From Antedon mediterranea (lineage: Eukaryota; Animalia; Echinodermata), in the NCBI RefSeq assembly GCF_964355755.1, contig NC_092673.1:7502001-7566000 (forward strand): a stretch of DNA of 64,000 nucleotides, written 5' to 3'. Positions within the stretch are counted from its first letter, which is position 1. Every line of letters begins with the position of its first letter. The notes under the pieces were generated by a model. It saw only the letters and a list, made by a program, of their open reading frames with translations, was not told the origin of the DNA and did no database searches. Shown here one piece after another: positions 32,500-45,281 of this stretch. A program made the position numbers and the translations under genes.

Positions 32500-35191
32500 T
32501 TCGCATCATCAAAACGTCGTAAACAATTTCGTCGAAGAAAAGCGTCAAGTTCTGATGATGAAACAGAGACTGAAGATATAAGGTAATCATTAATTGATAT
32601 ATAAAGTAATACAAAATATGTCAATATTATTGAATGTGCCAAATACTATAATCTGTACTCTAAATTTAGCTTTTTAATCCTAGGCCACCATCAATGAGTT
32701 TTACCGTTTCTTGGCTTGTGATAACGTCTATTACGAGGGTGTTCAATGATTTTTTGCCCGTCCAGATTCATGTTGTGTCAATGGTTCCGTATAGGACTAG
32801 GCCTAGCATTGTAGCTATGATTTCTGCTAATTTCGACCGGAGGTTAATTATCATAGCCAATTCAGTTTTACATTTTACAACTTATAACCTTTTTAATATC
32901 ATTGACATTGTTGTCAACTGTCTGTGTGCATATTTCGATTATTTGATTAGGCCTAGCCTAGCTAGGTTAATAATATAATAAAATAATTATTATAATGCGA
33001 GTTGTACACAAAAATAATGTGGTGATCTTATGTATTGATAACATTATTATTTTATATAATTGAATACAGTATGTACAGTATTGTATTACTGTATTTTAAC
33101 TAAGAAATAATCGTATTGTTCATACTGTACTGTCTGTATTGTACCTCCAACCTGTGTGTGTTGAGCCCCTTGACAGCGAATTTATTTCGCTTTTTGGTTA
33201 ACCAGTCATTTAGATTTTGAATTTATTTTCTTATTTGTTTTGTTGTTCTGACGAAATAAATGTAATTGTAAGGTAGGAAACGTAAAATATAGTATTGCAA
33301 CAGTCTTGCGATTCATGTACAACAGATTTGTTTGTGGGTTTTTTGACAATAATAAATTCACCATTTCTTTCACATAGTATTTTTTTGTCAACATAGGTCA
33401 ATACTCGAGGAAGCTAAAGAAGTTCAAAAATTCAGAGAAAGACCGAACGGTGTAAGGTACAGTATGGCATCATTCTCTTGATCAAATTGAATTTATTTGG
33501 TTAAATCATTGCCTGACATATCATGAATCATGCATTTAATAACAATTTATATACAGTCAGATTCAGATTCAGATTCAGATAATATTTATTTAGAATTAGA
33601 TAATAATGAATGAATATATACAAAATAGAAAAAAGATATTAAAGTGAACATAGATAAAGCAGTAATTGGTAGTCATTATTATCATGGATCCCTTCTAGAA
33701 GTTAAAAACTTGTCTCGTAGGGACCCACAACAAAACACATTACTAAAAAAATAAAAATAACCTAGAATATATAATTATATAATTTAGGATAAAAAATTAC
33801 AGTATAATAACATAACTAACATCTTCTTTATAAAAATTATTTAAATTATATTTCAATAGTTTCATGATAATTATAAATGAAACTAGATTTAATTCGTCAC
33901 TATGACGAATTATAGGTTATATGCATTGATAATTAAAATAAAGATAATTTATTTTTAAAAGATATTTTGATTCATTGATTTTCTCAGATTCTTTAAATAA
34001 TATATAATATATGATAGGACCTTGCTAACGCGAATACAATAGCCGGTATCACAATCCGATCAAAGATCCCTCTGCGTATAATGTCATAAACCACATTTGC
34101 TGTTACATAATAATAAAGACATAAGTTATTTTTTATCTAGATTTCATTATAAATCATGTGTATAATATATACACTAAGAAATAAATTTGAACAAACAATA
34201 CGGATAATAAAAAAAAAATTTATTTCGTTTCCCAAGGTGAGACTCGATCTCGGTACCTTGAGTGCCATAGACACGAGCACACACCACCGAGCCATACACA
34301 ACTGACTAAAAATTGTAGAAAAATTCCTCCGTGTATTTACTATGCAGTAACCACTTTGGTGCAGATAGATTATTACATACCGCAATGAATTATAATTTTT
34401 TACTATGATGACATCTCTAAAAATGTACAAAAATGATGCACTGTCAAACTATATACTTTTAACTTTAATATATGAACTTCTTAAGGAAGAAAGTTAACGT
34501 TAAGTTTGTTATTTTGGCCTAAGAAAATGTTATAATTTGTTTGATTGTCGAAATTAATTTTGTTGAATTTAATATGCCATTAATGATGACTTAATCAACT
34601 TTTGTTCTTCTAATTTCATAATAAATCATACATATGATACATACACTTCAAGAAAATTAAATAAAAAATAGGTGTTCCCGAGCATTCTAACGATATATAT
34701 TAATTTTAAAATTTAGCATATTTTCACCATTTTGTTAACTTACACGTGCGTAGCCCGTCACTTTTGACGTGCTCGTATAACGCTGTTTCGCGTTGAAAAG
34801 TGAATAAAATATGATGATATTATTAAAGAAAGGTTATACAACAGTAATCAGACACAAACAGTGCGCATTAACGTTTGACAATTTTCAACATTTTAAGCGC
34901 GCGTACGCATGCGTTATATGCGCTACGCACGTAATTGTATTGCCATATGATGAAATATGACCTGAAATTTATGAGTACCAAATTTTGTTTAAAAGTGATT
35001 CATGTTTGTGAAGATATGATTACAAACGTGATTTCGTTAAATCGCGCGTAGACCGCGTAATTTTTGATTGCGCACCGTGAAAACATAACCACATCGATTC
35101 CTGGCCATAAGGAATATACTCTGAAAAATTGACTTAGATAGATAAAACCGATGCCAAGATAATTGACGGACAAATAGTGCTAAGGAAAGAA

Positions 35192-35234
<43 letters not shown>

Positions 35235-38200
35235 AGATTCTGACAGAATCAAGAGGTTATATGCATATCATGCATATAACCTAATAACTACCGATATTGG
35301 TAAATGAAAAAAAAAATATGTATACATAAATTATAATTCCAGTATATATATAGTATACTATATATACATTATATATAGTATAGATTAAAGATTGCAATAA
35401 TAAACAACAACTATATTTTGTGTAAGACATAAATAGTATATGAGTATAAATAATGATAATAAGCATATTAACTAAGCAGTATAATATTTAGATATATAAT
35501 GATTCTTTAACTTTTTTCGGAAAGTAAATAATGATATTGACTGATATAGTTATAAAAAATTTAGTTTTAGTAAGTCCAGCAAAAGGAATGTTTAAATGAG
35601 AAGTTCTTAAATTGTAATTGTGAAATTTGGTACGTTTACAGAGCATATCAATCATAGAAATAGGAAGTTGGTTTTTAAAATAATTAAACATAAAACTGGC
35701 AACTTGAACATTGTGGATATCCGTTAATTTTAATATACCAAGACGTTTAAAAAGGGGTTCAGATGAGGTTCTATATGGTGAAAAAGTAATAATTCTAGCT
35801 GCACGTTTTTGTAATTTAGTTAATCTAGCAATATTAGAAGAGTAATCTGCAGCCCAAATAATGTTACAATACTGGAAATAAGGAAGTACAAGTGTGTTAT
35901 AAAGAGAAATTAAAATATTTAGAGGGAAGAAGTGCTTAAGTCTGTTAATAATACTAATAGATCTTGATATTTTTTTCGAAACGTAATTTTGATGACTGGT
36001 CCATTTGAGGTTTTCATGAATATATACACCTAAAAAAAGTGTTTCAGTTTTGCGTTCAATTTGAATTCCGTCAAGAAGTATATTTAGGTCATCAACTTTT
36101 AGTTTACGTTGAGAATTGTGAAAAATTAAATAATTTGTTTTAAGAGTATTAATAAGTAATTTGTTTGAAATAAACCAGTCACAAAATTTTGTTAATTCAT
36201 CATTGAATGTAGTAAATAATAAATCAATATTGGAATTAGAGTAAAATAAGGTGGTGTCGTCGGCGAAGGATATTACTTGCAATTTGTTACTGACATTAGC
36301 CAGATCATTAACATAAATAAGGAAGAGCAATGGCCCAAGCACAGATCCCTGTGGCACTCCGCAAGTAATATCCATCGTCGACGATGTACAAGATCCTAAT
36401 GCAACATATTGTTTTCTATCTTTCAAATAACTATTAAACCAATTCAATGAAATACCTCTAATTCCATAGCACTCAAGTTTTTTAATTAAATTATCGTGAT
36501 TAATAACATCGAAGGCCTTTGAAAGATCAATAAATAAACTTAATAAATTTTCTTTTGATTCAAATGAATTTGTAATATTATTAATAAGATCTAAAACGGC
36601 ATGGGATGTAGAGTGATTTTTTCGAAAACCATATTGGCGTTTATTAAGTATATCAAATTTTGTGAGATAATCAGAAAGTTTAGAATACATGAGTTTTTCA
36701 ATAATTTTGGAAAACACTGAAAGTAGTGATATTGGCCGGTAATTAGATAATTGACTTCGTTCACCTTTCTTGAAAATGGGCACAACTTTAGCTAGTTTTA
36801 AGTGTGTTGGAAAAGTGCCAGATAAAAAAGATGAATTTATACAATGGGTAAGTTGGTGGATGATTAAGGGAGATACAGATTTTAAGACACGAGCAGTAAT
36901 ACCGTCAGATCCAGACCCTTTATAACAATTATAATGCAAGATACTGACATTTTAGTATCAAATTGTCTTTTGTACATGTCTTTTATATTCACTTTATTAC
37001 AATATTTTGTCCCAAAAAAGAGCAGCAACTTTCATTTATCATGGCACTCTAAACTTTGACCTGGTCATCTTTTACCTTAGCTAACTAGTACTGTTAGTGT
37101 AAGCCTTCAGTATAGAAGACAATATAATAATATAAATAAGGTTGGGTGTAAATTGTTCAAAGTAAAGTAGTTTATTTTTTTAAGTATTGTTTTATTGGTT
37201 TTTGAATGTTTTCAGCTCGGCAGCATTAGCGACAGGGAAAAAACTGTCAAAAGAACAAGAAGTTAGCAATGTAAGTACCATATTGAATTGTTATACTGTA
37301 TTATGGTTCAATGCATTACAAATAGCCATACACTATATATCAAGTTTTGTTGGTTCTATGATGCATACTTACTGTATGGACTTTTCTCTTTTCAATATCT
37401 TTTTTGTCGTTTTTATATGGTGTTGTTTTGTTTGTAATATCACAAACTTGTGTAAAAACAATCTATATTGATTGAACGAGTTGTACTGCAAATTAGTCTT
37501 ACTGTATGTATAAATAAAGTTTATATATAAGGAAGCCCTCCACATCACCTGGAGTAAACCTTCTTTGAACAAACAAATCTATAACTTAGGCTTAGTTTGC
37601 CATATGATTGATTTGTTGCCTACGTTCCTTGTGGTTTTATCATGCTAATTACTTCCTCATTTACATACTCTACAATCTGTCCTATTGGTATATAATAAGT
37701 ATTCTAGGCGTTGTTTTCTGTTCTGGTGATGAGAATAGTTTTAAGGCAGTTTGCCTATTTATCAAATGCCTAACAATCGTTGTTTTAACTCAAAAGTTCA
37801 TGATTTATCTAACAAGTACTGTATACTAAATCAAAATATGTTTTATATTTTAAGGATGATCCATTTAAATTAAAGACAGGGGGATTGGTTGACTACCAAG
37901 AGATCAAAGACAGGAACAGGGACAGGTACTGTATGTTAATGTTAAGTTTGGCTAAAATTAAGAAAACCAAAACTACATATATAAAGATTCACTTAGCTGA
38001 GTGAATCTGGGTGAAGTGACCTACTATCAAATATTATTTTAATATTTTCTCAAACATAGTTGGCGCCTCTGACCTTCTGTGCCTAATACTGTAATAAATA
38101 CATTATTTAACTGGCTTTATATATAAGTTTGTTTGTTTTCACGATACTTTACTTTGTGATTGAACCTTTGTTTCTTTATTACCTTTTCTAATTTCTCAAT

Positions 38201-41200
38201 CTTTCTACTGTAGATCAGATGAAGATAAAGGTGATCGTGATGTTGCTAACATGAGCAGTACATTTGCAGCTGAAACAAACAAAGGAGATGAACATGCTGA
38301 CATGTAAATTATACCTTCTTTAGAATATTTTAAAATGTAAAAATATAAGTAAAAAATGTCAATATTCTATATTATTTTCATTCTGTAAAACTATTTGTAA
38401 TATGAAATCAAATATGACAGAAACCTGTGTATACTCACAGGCCAGTAGCCCTACTTCTTCTCGTTTCTGTATGTAAATTATATCTTCTTTACTCTACTAT
38501 TTTATAAATGTAAAAATATAACTTAGCATATGCACATGCTCGCAGTTCCTTTAAGCGCTGTCTACACTATCAAACACACTATGTGACAACAAAATGTGAT
38601 GTGCCCATAATGGACGTGATGATGTCATACAGTATCACTACCACATTTAAACATATCAACTACCTTATTTGGACACATCATACTTTTTTGTCAAACTAGA
38701 TAGTGTAGACAGAGCTTTAGTAACAGTGGGAATACCTGGATTTAGCAGTGTCATTTACAGTATTTGATAAATATTTTCAGTTAAACTACACACAGTCGCA
38801 TTTCACAAAAGTTGTTTTACTGAACAATATTAATGCATGAGGAGATCACCAAAAATAATATTTTGATCTATTTGACTTATTTTTTATCTAAAGGATGAAA
38901 TACATTGATGAACAGATGGCAATAAGAAAGGGACTTGATGAAGACAAAGAAGATGATAATGTAAAGTGAGTGATAATTGATATAGTAGTAATGGCACTGT
39001 AACTGGTTGCTTACCAATTCCATGGTACAGGGTTCAAATCCTACCAAAGAACCTATCCTAAAACAATGAAACTAAGTTTAGAAAGTATGAGGTTATCGCC
39101 TTTATAACGAATAAGAGATATGGCAGAAATTTACATCAAAACTTTACCCACACATAAGAGTGTGCCTCAGCCCCATCCACTATGGTTGGAGCTGAGGTAA
39201 GAAAAACATGTTAGGAATATGGACCTGTAGATAATAGTTCTTTCCTATTTCTGTTCATTCTAATTCTCTGGAAATTGTGTTTTTTTGTTTGAATGATCAA
39301 AATTCCGCGGATCCACCAACATCCCAGGTTTTCCCCTCTAATGTACATGACACAATTGTCAAAAAACAAGTCGCACACATTTTCAGCAACATTTAACCTT
39401 ATTAAAAGACGATTATCATGCTAAATTATTGTTTTCAATTTCTTAAGCCACCCTGTAGCCCTTAAAAAATGTTCCCATAGTTTGTGGAACGTCGTCCTAC
39501 ACTTTAACCTGTTATGGCTAGAAAGTGGAAAGTTAATAGTAGTAACACAAATTGTTGAATTTATAACTTTTAGGTTTAAAAGTGCCGAAGACAAATTATA
39601 TGAGTTGCCTGAGCATTTGCAAGTGGCTCAGAAGAAAAGAACAGAGGAAATGTTGTCAAATCAGATGCTGTCAGGCATACCAGAAGTGGACTTAGGAGTT
39701 GAGTAAGTATACTATTCAAATAATGTTGTTTATTTATTGTTTTTAATGATAAATGTATAAACTGTGTGACCAGTTAATGGGTAACATTTTTGACCCCTTC
39801 AAACCACCTCTCTATTTATTGCTAGGTCCCATTTTCATTTAAAGAACCCCTCCTCAATTAACTGCATCAATGTGTTCACATCTACTCTGTTTATTTCACA
39901 TTTATATCACATAAATGTTGTAAAAATCCTTTTCATTTCCCCTGTAAATCTTGCATTTGATTGGGTGAAAATGTAACATAACACAATTTGTTTACATTTT
40001 CACAAGTCTGAAATAATTTTTCTACATTTAGTAATAAATGTAGAGCATGCCTAAATCAGGGCCATATTTTAAGCATCTTTGCCTCGTCTGTTTTTACCCT
40101 CTCGTTAAGGCCTTGCTAAATATTATATACCTTGTATATACATTAATTTTTTCCAGTGCAAAAATTAAGAACATTGAATTGACTGAAGAAGCGAAGCAGA
40201 AACATTTAAAGGAACAAATGACAAAGAAGAAAAATAATACATCATTCGTGCCAGCAAATATGGCAGTAAACTATGTGCAACATGCTAGGTGTAAGTTCAG
40301 TTCAATATTCTTCAAATTTAATTGAAAACAATAAGAAACAAGGAAGGGAAACAGGAAAAAAAAAGCTTAGCTCCTTTTTCCATTTTTACTCAATTTGCAT
40401 TATTTAATAAAGCAGTTTTAAATAAATTCACCATAGTGTCATCAACATAATCACCAAAGTATTTTTTTTTATTAAATATCTCAGTAAATAGAAATTAATT
40501 TTCAATTCAAAGACTTTTTATGTATAATTTCCTCCTATAAAATGGTGTTTTTTTAATCACCTTTTTTACAGGGTCAAAGACAATTGTCTTTTCCAGTGGG
40601 TCACACTATTTTAGTACTTTTTTTTTACATTTTTGGTTTTTAAATTTTAAAAAATTGCATGAAATCCTATAGCTAACATTATCTGTTCTGCGAACACAAT
40701 CTATCCTTCACAACAACAAGATTAGAACAATGGCAAGAATCTACTTAGATGTTATATAAAACAAATAATGATCAGAACAATGATGGCAATGACAAGATGT
40801 TATATAAAATAAATAATGAATGTTTTTATATTTGTGCAATGCTTAAAAATAATTTCATGAGGTGAAATATGAAATTCTATTTTTACTCAGGCTTCATCTA
40901 ATGAAAATAGAATATCATATTTTACCTCATGAAATTATTTGTACCATCGTACTGATAAACATTCATTATTTGTATAGTATTACCTGTAACTATGCTGGCA
41001 GAGTAAGAGAAAAAATGTTATTTTGTCCTTCTAATTCCATGTCTGTGATAATAATTTAACTTGTGTTATAAATAACATTGGCTGATTTTTGTTTTAGTTA
41101 TGTATGATGATTCTGGTGGATCAAGAAAACATCACAAGCAGCAAAGTAAAGAGGAACTGGTGAAACTGAAACCAGTAGTAGTTGGAGATGCCGAAGATCA

Positions 41201-41787
41201 AAAGTTTACAGGTCAGTACAGTATACATTTTGGGTTTTAAAACCTGTGACAAAATGCCGTAAGAAAATAAGCAACCGAAAATAAATTACAGACATTCCTG
41301 TCATTTCCTATCCCAAGCTTAGACCTTCCGCTTCATCAACTTTACCCTTTCCCGCTCTCTGCTGCTGGTTGCATTGAGGAATAAAAAAACATTTTAAAAG
41401 AGGCAAACGAATGATTCAAAATTCCTCGCGGACCACCGGAAATTGTTGTAAACAAGTCATATTTTATGACAACACACATAAAATATGTACACAACCAGGT
41501 ATAGTTGATCATTCATAGGCAAGGGAAAACACTATTGTTGGAAGGGTATTTTCTTACATTGTGTTGGTTGCGTTGTTCTCTAGTGGGACCCAGGCCTCTG
41601 TTTTTAAGACATTTTTGGAGACAGTCTTCCTGAGAGTCCAGATAACCAACTATCTTTTTGTAAGTCATTAATAATATTTCTGTTCTTTTCAGAACCTGAC
41701 AAAAAACCACAGAAACGTTCATTGTCTGAAAAGGCCACAGACGATTACCACTTTGAAAGATTTAAAAAACATGTAAGACGTTACTGA
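32494..41787 (+). CDS. C9orf78: Splicing factor C9orf78 / telomere length and silencing protein 1 (TLS1, HCA59) homologue
   Basis: Exons 32494-32582, 33397-33456, 37216-37270, 37855-37925, 38214-38303, 38894-38965, 39574-39702, 40157-40290, 41098-41211, 41693-41787, in phase. Motifs LEEAKEVQKFRERPNGVS, DDPFKLKTGG, FAAETN, EEMLSNQMLSGIPEVDLG, AKIKNIE, SFVPANMAVNYVQH, EKATDDYHFERFKK. Confidence 0.95.
33557..36920 (-). mobile_element. 5'-truncated CR1 LINE in C9orf78 intron 2 with a long open reverse transcriptase frame (35488-~36920)
   Basis: 483-aa ORF with NYRPISLL, QYGFR, DLSKAFD, GVPQGSVLGPLLFLIYVNDL, FADDT, FLGV, YCNIIW; probable 3' stem-loop at ~33686-33727 and (TCTGAA)n tail at ~33557-33580. 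The RT call is firm; linking it to that tail is inferred. Confidence 0.85.
33881..35285 (+). mobile_element. Helentron/DINE-like composite element nested in the CR1 3' region
   Basis: 5' AACTAGA, hairpin (aattcgtca cta tgacgaatt), AGGTTATATGCAT; 3' hairpin AGGTTATATGCAT-ATC-ATGCATATAACCT; (TAAA)n microsatellite; family X core at ~34880-35160; tRNA-like segment on minus at ~34225-34305. Confidence 0.6.
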
Positions 41788-44700
41788 AGTTTATGTTTGT
41801 CAACAAATCTTGCATAAAACCGCACTTTCGGAACTTTAAGACAGCCACTACTTATAGTTCCTCAGATTATTGAATTAACTTAAGTAGATTCTTGACTTTT
41901 CATTAGATGATTGTTGATCACATAATATATAATAACTACTCCATTGAACTCTTACATCATCAAGAGTGGTATTTCATAACAAGCCAGTTAAATTTCATAC
42001 ATTCCTGTTGAATTTGGTTATAGGATGCACATTCATTATTGTTATATGTTGAGTAACCATGTGCAACACAATGCTGTTGACTGATCCTGTTCGAAAATGA
42101 ACCTGTAGTGTGAGCCATCTAGAATTGTTCTGCTCCATATTCAAAATAGGAGTGATATCCTTTCAAATGATTTAGGCCTTTAAAATATGTGTACTAAAAA
42201 AAGAATGTCTTATATATCCAATGGAACAAATAATTTCATTTTGTGAAAGCTGAAATGTTCCATTTTCATAGAATATAACCTTTCACTTTATGAAATTATT
42301 TGTACTATTGCACTAATAAACATTATTTGTATATTAGTGCTGGGTAAAATAAGTTAGGAATACTATATACTGTACCAGTGAATAGCAAGCTAAGATGTCT
42401 AGAAATTGTAATGTCGCATTCGAAAATCAACCTGTAGTGTGCATTGTCTAGAATTGTTCTGCTCCATGTCCAAAATAGGAGTGCTATCCCTTTGAATGGT
42501 TTAGGCCTTGGGATTTTAGATGTCTAGAAATTCTAATGTCTTATTATAAAACCTAAGCTAACTATAGAGAGAGCATAATAAAACAAAGATTTCAGATTTT
42601 CTGAAAAGAATCTACATATTGCAATGCATAAAGTAATCTGCTCCTTCAGGTTATGATTGTCTTACGCCATATGTCAAGTTTGAAGAAAATGCAGAGTGTA
42701 AAGAACATTGAATTATTCCACTTTCTTTAAAATCAATATATGTGTATAAATTGGTTTGTTCTTTTTCATTTATTTATTTAATAAGAACAGGTCAGGAAAG
42801 ACAAAAGTGACCTTAATGCCTCTATGACACAATACCTTTACACAATATAAAAATATATAAATTTGGTAAATTATGAAAAACACTATTTTACACTTTATTT
42901 AAAATCCAATTACAGTGTATACAAATTTAAGATTTCAGGAAAAAATATAAAAAAACTATTAATAATAGGCAGGAAAGACAACCTATTGTGCACTAACTCC
43001 ATATAACGGTGAACAAACTGTAAAATAAGACATTAAATATGAAAAATCAAACACTAATACTGAACCTGAAAAGAGATTTTTTAAATGTTTTTTTAATTTA
43101 GAATTAGGAAAGAATGTCATTGGGTTATTTTCTGGTGTATTAATGATGCCTTGTTTAATATGCACAAAATACATGCTGATATTTCTAATGTGTCATCATT
43201 TTTAAGTGTAAAATAAAAGTAATATTCGTTCTAATATAGGACTTATTGCTCATAGTGCCATAATAAGCAATTATATCCGAAAATAAAAAGTGGGGAAATT
43301 ATGAACTTTTCAAAAATCATTTATTTTATTGCATAATGCGCATGTTAATTGATATTTTTATAATTTTCTACATTTATTTTTTGATATGCGCATAATTACA
43401 TAATGTGTTCGTACCTCAATACATTTTGAAAAGTAGATATTTTGGTCATTTTTCGAAAAATGGCCAAACTTTTACTCTTATTTTTTGGCATACACACATA
43501 CAATTTAAAAACTCTCTTCATTCAACTATTACTGAACTTTAAATCGTGCATTTCTGTGTGTAATTACAATTATTTCTTATAATTGTTGATTGCTCAATTT
43601 GTTTATGTCATTTTGTAGTTTTCATATTTATGATCTTTTGATCTGTATTTTTTATATTTTAAAGTTTATGTGTGTCTTCAATTTTTATGTGATTTATGTA
43701 TGTGGTTTGGAGTATTGGAGAGCCACTTTGATAGTGCTTGCACTGTTGGCAATCAACAGGGTACTCCATCCACACTTCGTTTGTTAATGTTGTTGTCTGT
43801 ATACCTGGAAATTGAATAAATAAATAAATAAATAAATAAAATATCACATTACATGTTCTGCGCATGTTTCCAAACTAATATTATGAAAAGAATCACACAA
43901 TATATTCCGCGTGTTAACTCAAAACATGTTTGATAAGTAGATATTTTGAGTATTTTTTTTCGAAAAATCTCTATACTATAATACTTAATAGTACAGATAT
44001 ATTTTCCAGAAATTTCCAAATTTCTTTGCATGCGCAGAATCACATATTATGTTCTGAGCATGTTCTTTTCATATTTTACAAAGAAATCAATGTACCCACA
44101 GTGTATGTTCGTATATATTAATATTTTTGAAAATCAGGCTCGTCGCACACTGAATCATTTTAAATTTCCGTACGGATTTACTCAAGGCTACGGTATTGCA
44201 ATTATTAAATTATTAAATGGCGGTATTTGGGTTTAAGTTATTGTAATCCGCCCTTGGGCCTTAATTACGGTTATCGTAACTAAAACATTATCATTTGTCC
44301 TAATTAAGTCATCAATTACCGTTAAAAGGTACTACTAGTTCGCTTAAGAACCATAAGTGCCAATTGATCTGGAATTCCTTATACTCTAATACTACGTTGA
44401 CTGCCACGTTTTTTCATTAAAGACGCTGATATCAAGTTGATTCTCTCTATAATAAATTATCAACGTATGGAACGTGTCATAATAATCACTCAGACGGATT
44501 AGTTCGCTTAGAAGTATAATTATATTTCAATAAATGCTGTTGTTTTTACTTCAGATTTCTATTTTCGAGCTTGATTCCTCCACGATGCATTATTCATCAT
44601 ATAAAATACATGAGTTACCTTGCCATTTGATTGGTTAATTCCATATCACCTGTCCACATCATTGAATAGAACAGTCAATCTTAAAATATTCTCCCATTCA

Positions 44701-45281
44701 ACTCATAAATATTCATTATATTTTAGTTGTTCGTTATCGTCAAAAACAAATATATAGCTGTTTTCGTTCGCGATTTTTTGAAACACCGGTTTATGGGCAT
44801 TTCGTATTAATATTTTTAAGTTCTAGTTCGAAAAAAATGTTAAGCGACAGGAGGTAAAATTACGCAAGTACTGTATTGAAAGCTGGTAATAAAGGCGGGA
44901 AAGTCTATCAAATCGTAGACGGGTTACACAGTTTAAAGTAAAGCGGTTGTCTTGTAATATAGTAGGTGAACCACATTGACTATTCAATTCATTGCTCAAT
45001 TGATATCGATTTTTGCAGTATCAAAGCGGCGCTAGTTTAGCGGCTGTTTTCAATTTATCCTTTAATTATCTATTATTATTACCAGGGAATATTGGTTCGA
45101 ATTTTGATTCGCTATTTTTACACAGTTCAAACTGTGAGGAAAATACAATTCGGTAATAAAAAATATTACTACTTGCTGATTACCTCAGTGTAGCTAAGGA
45201 ACTAATCGTAGTACAGACTTTTAATCGGTGTCTAGAAATTCAACTCTCGTGGGATATTTACTTGTTTTGACGTTAAAAATA

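Noticed and set aside
42980-43200. Possible L1/Tx1 3' remnant; similar faint LINE traces at ~11950-12260 and ~49300-49430
   Set aside because: Too degraded to support with recognisable motifs by eye.
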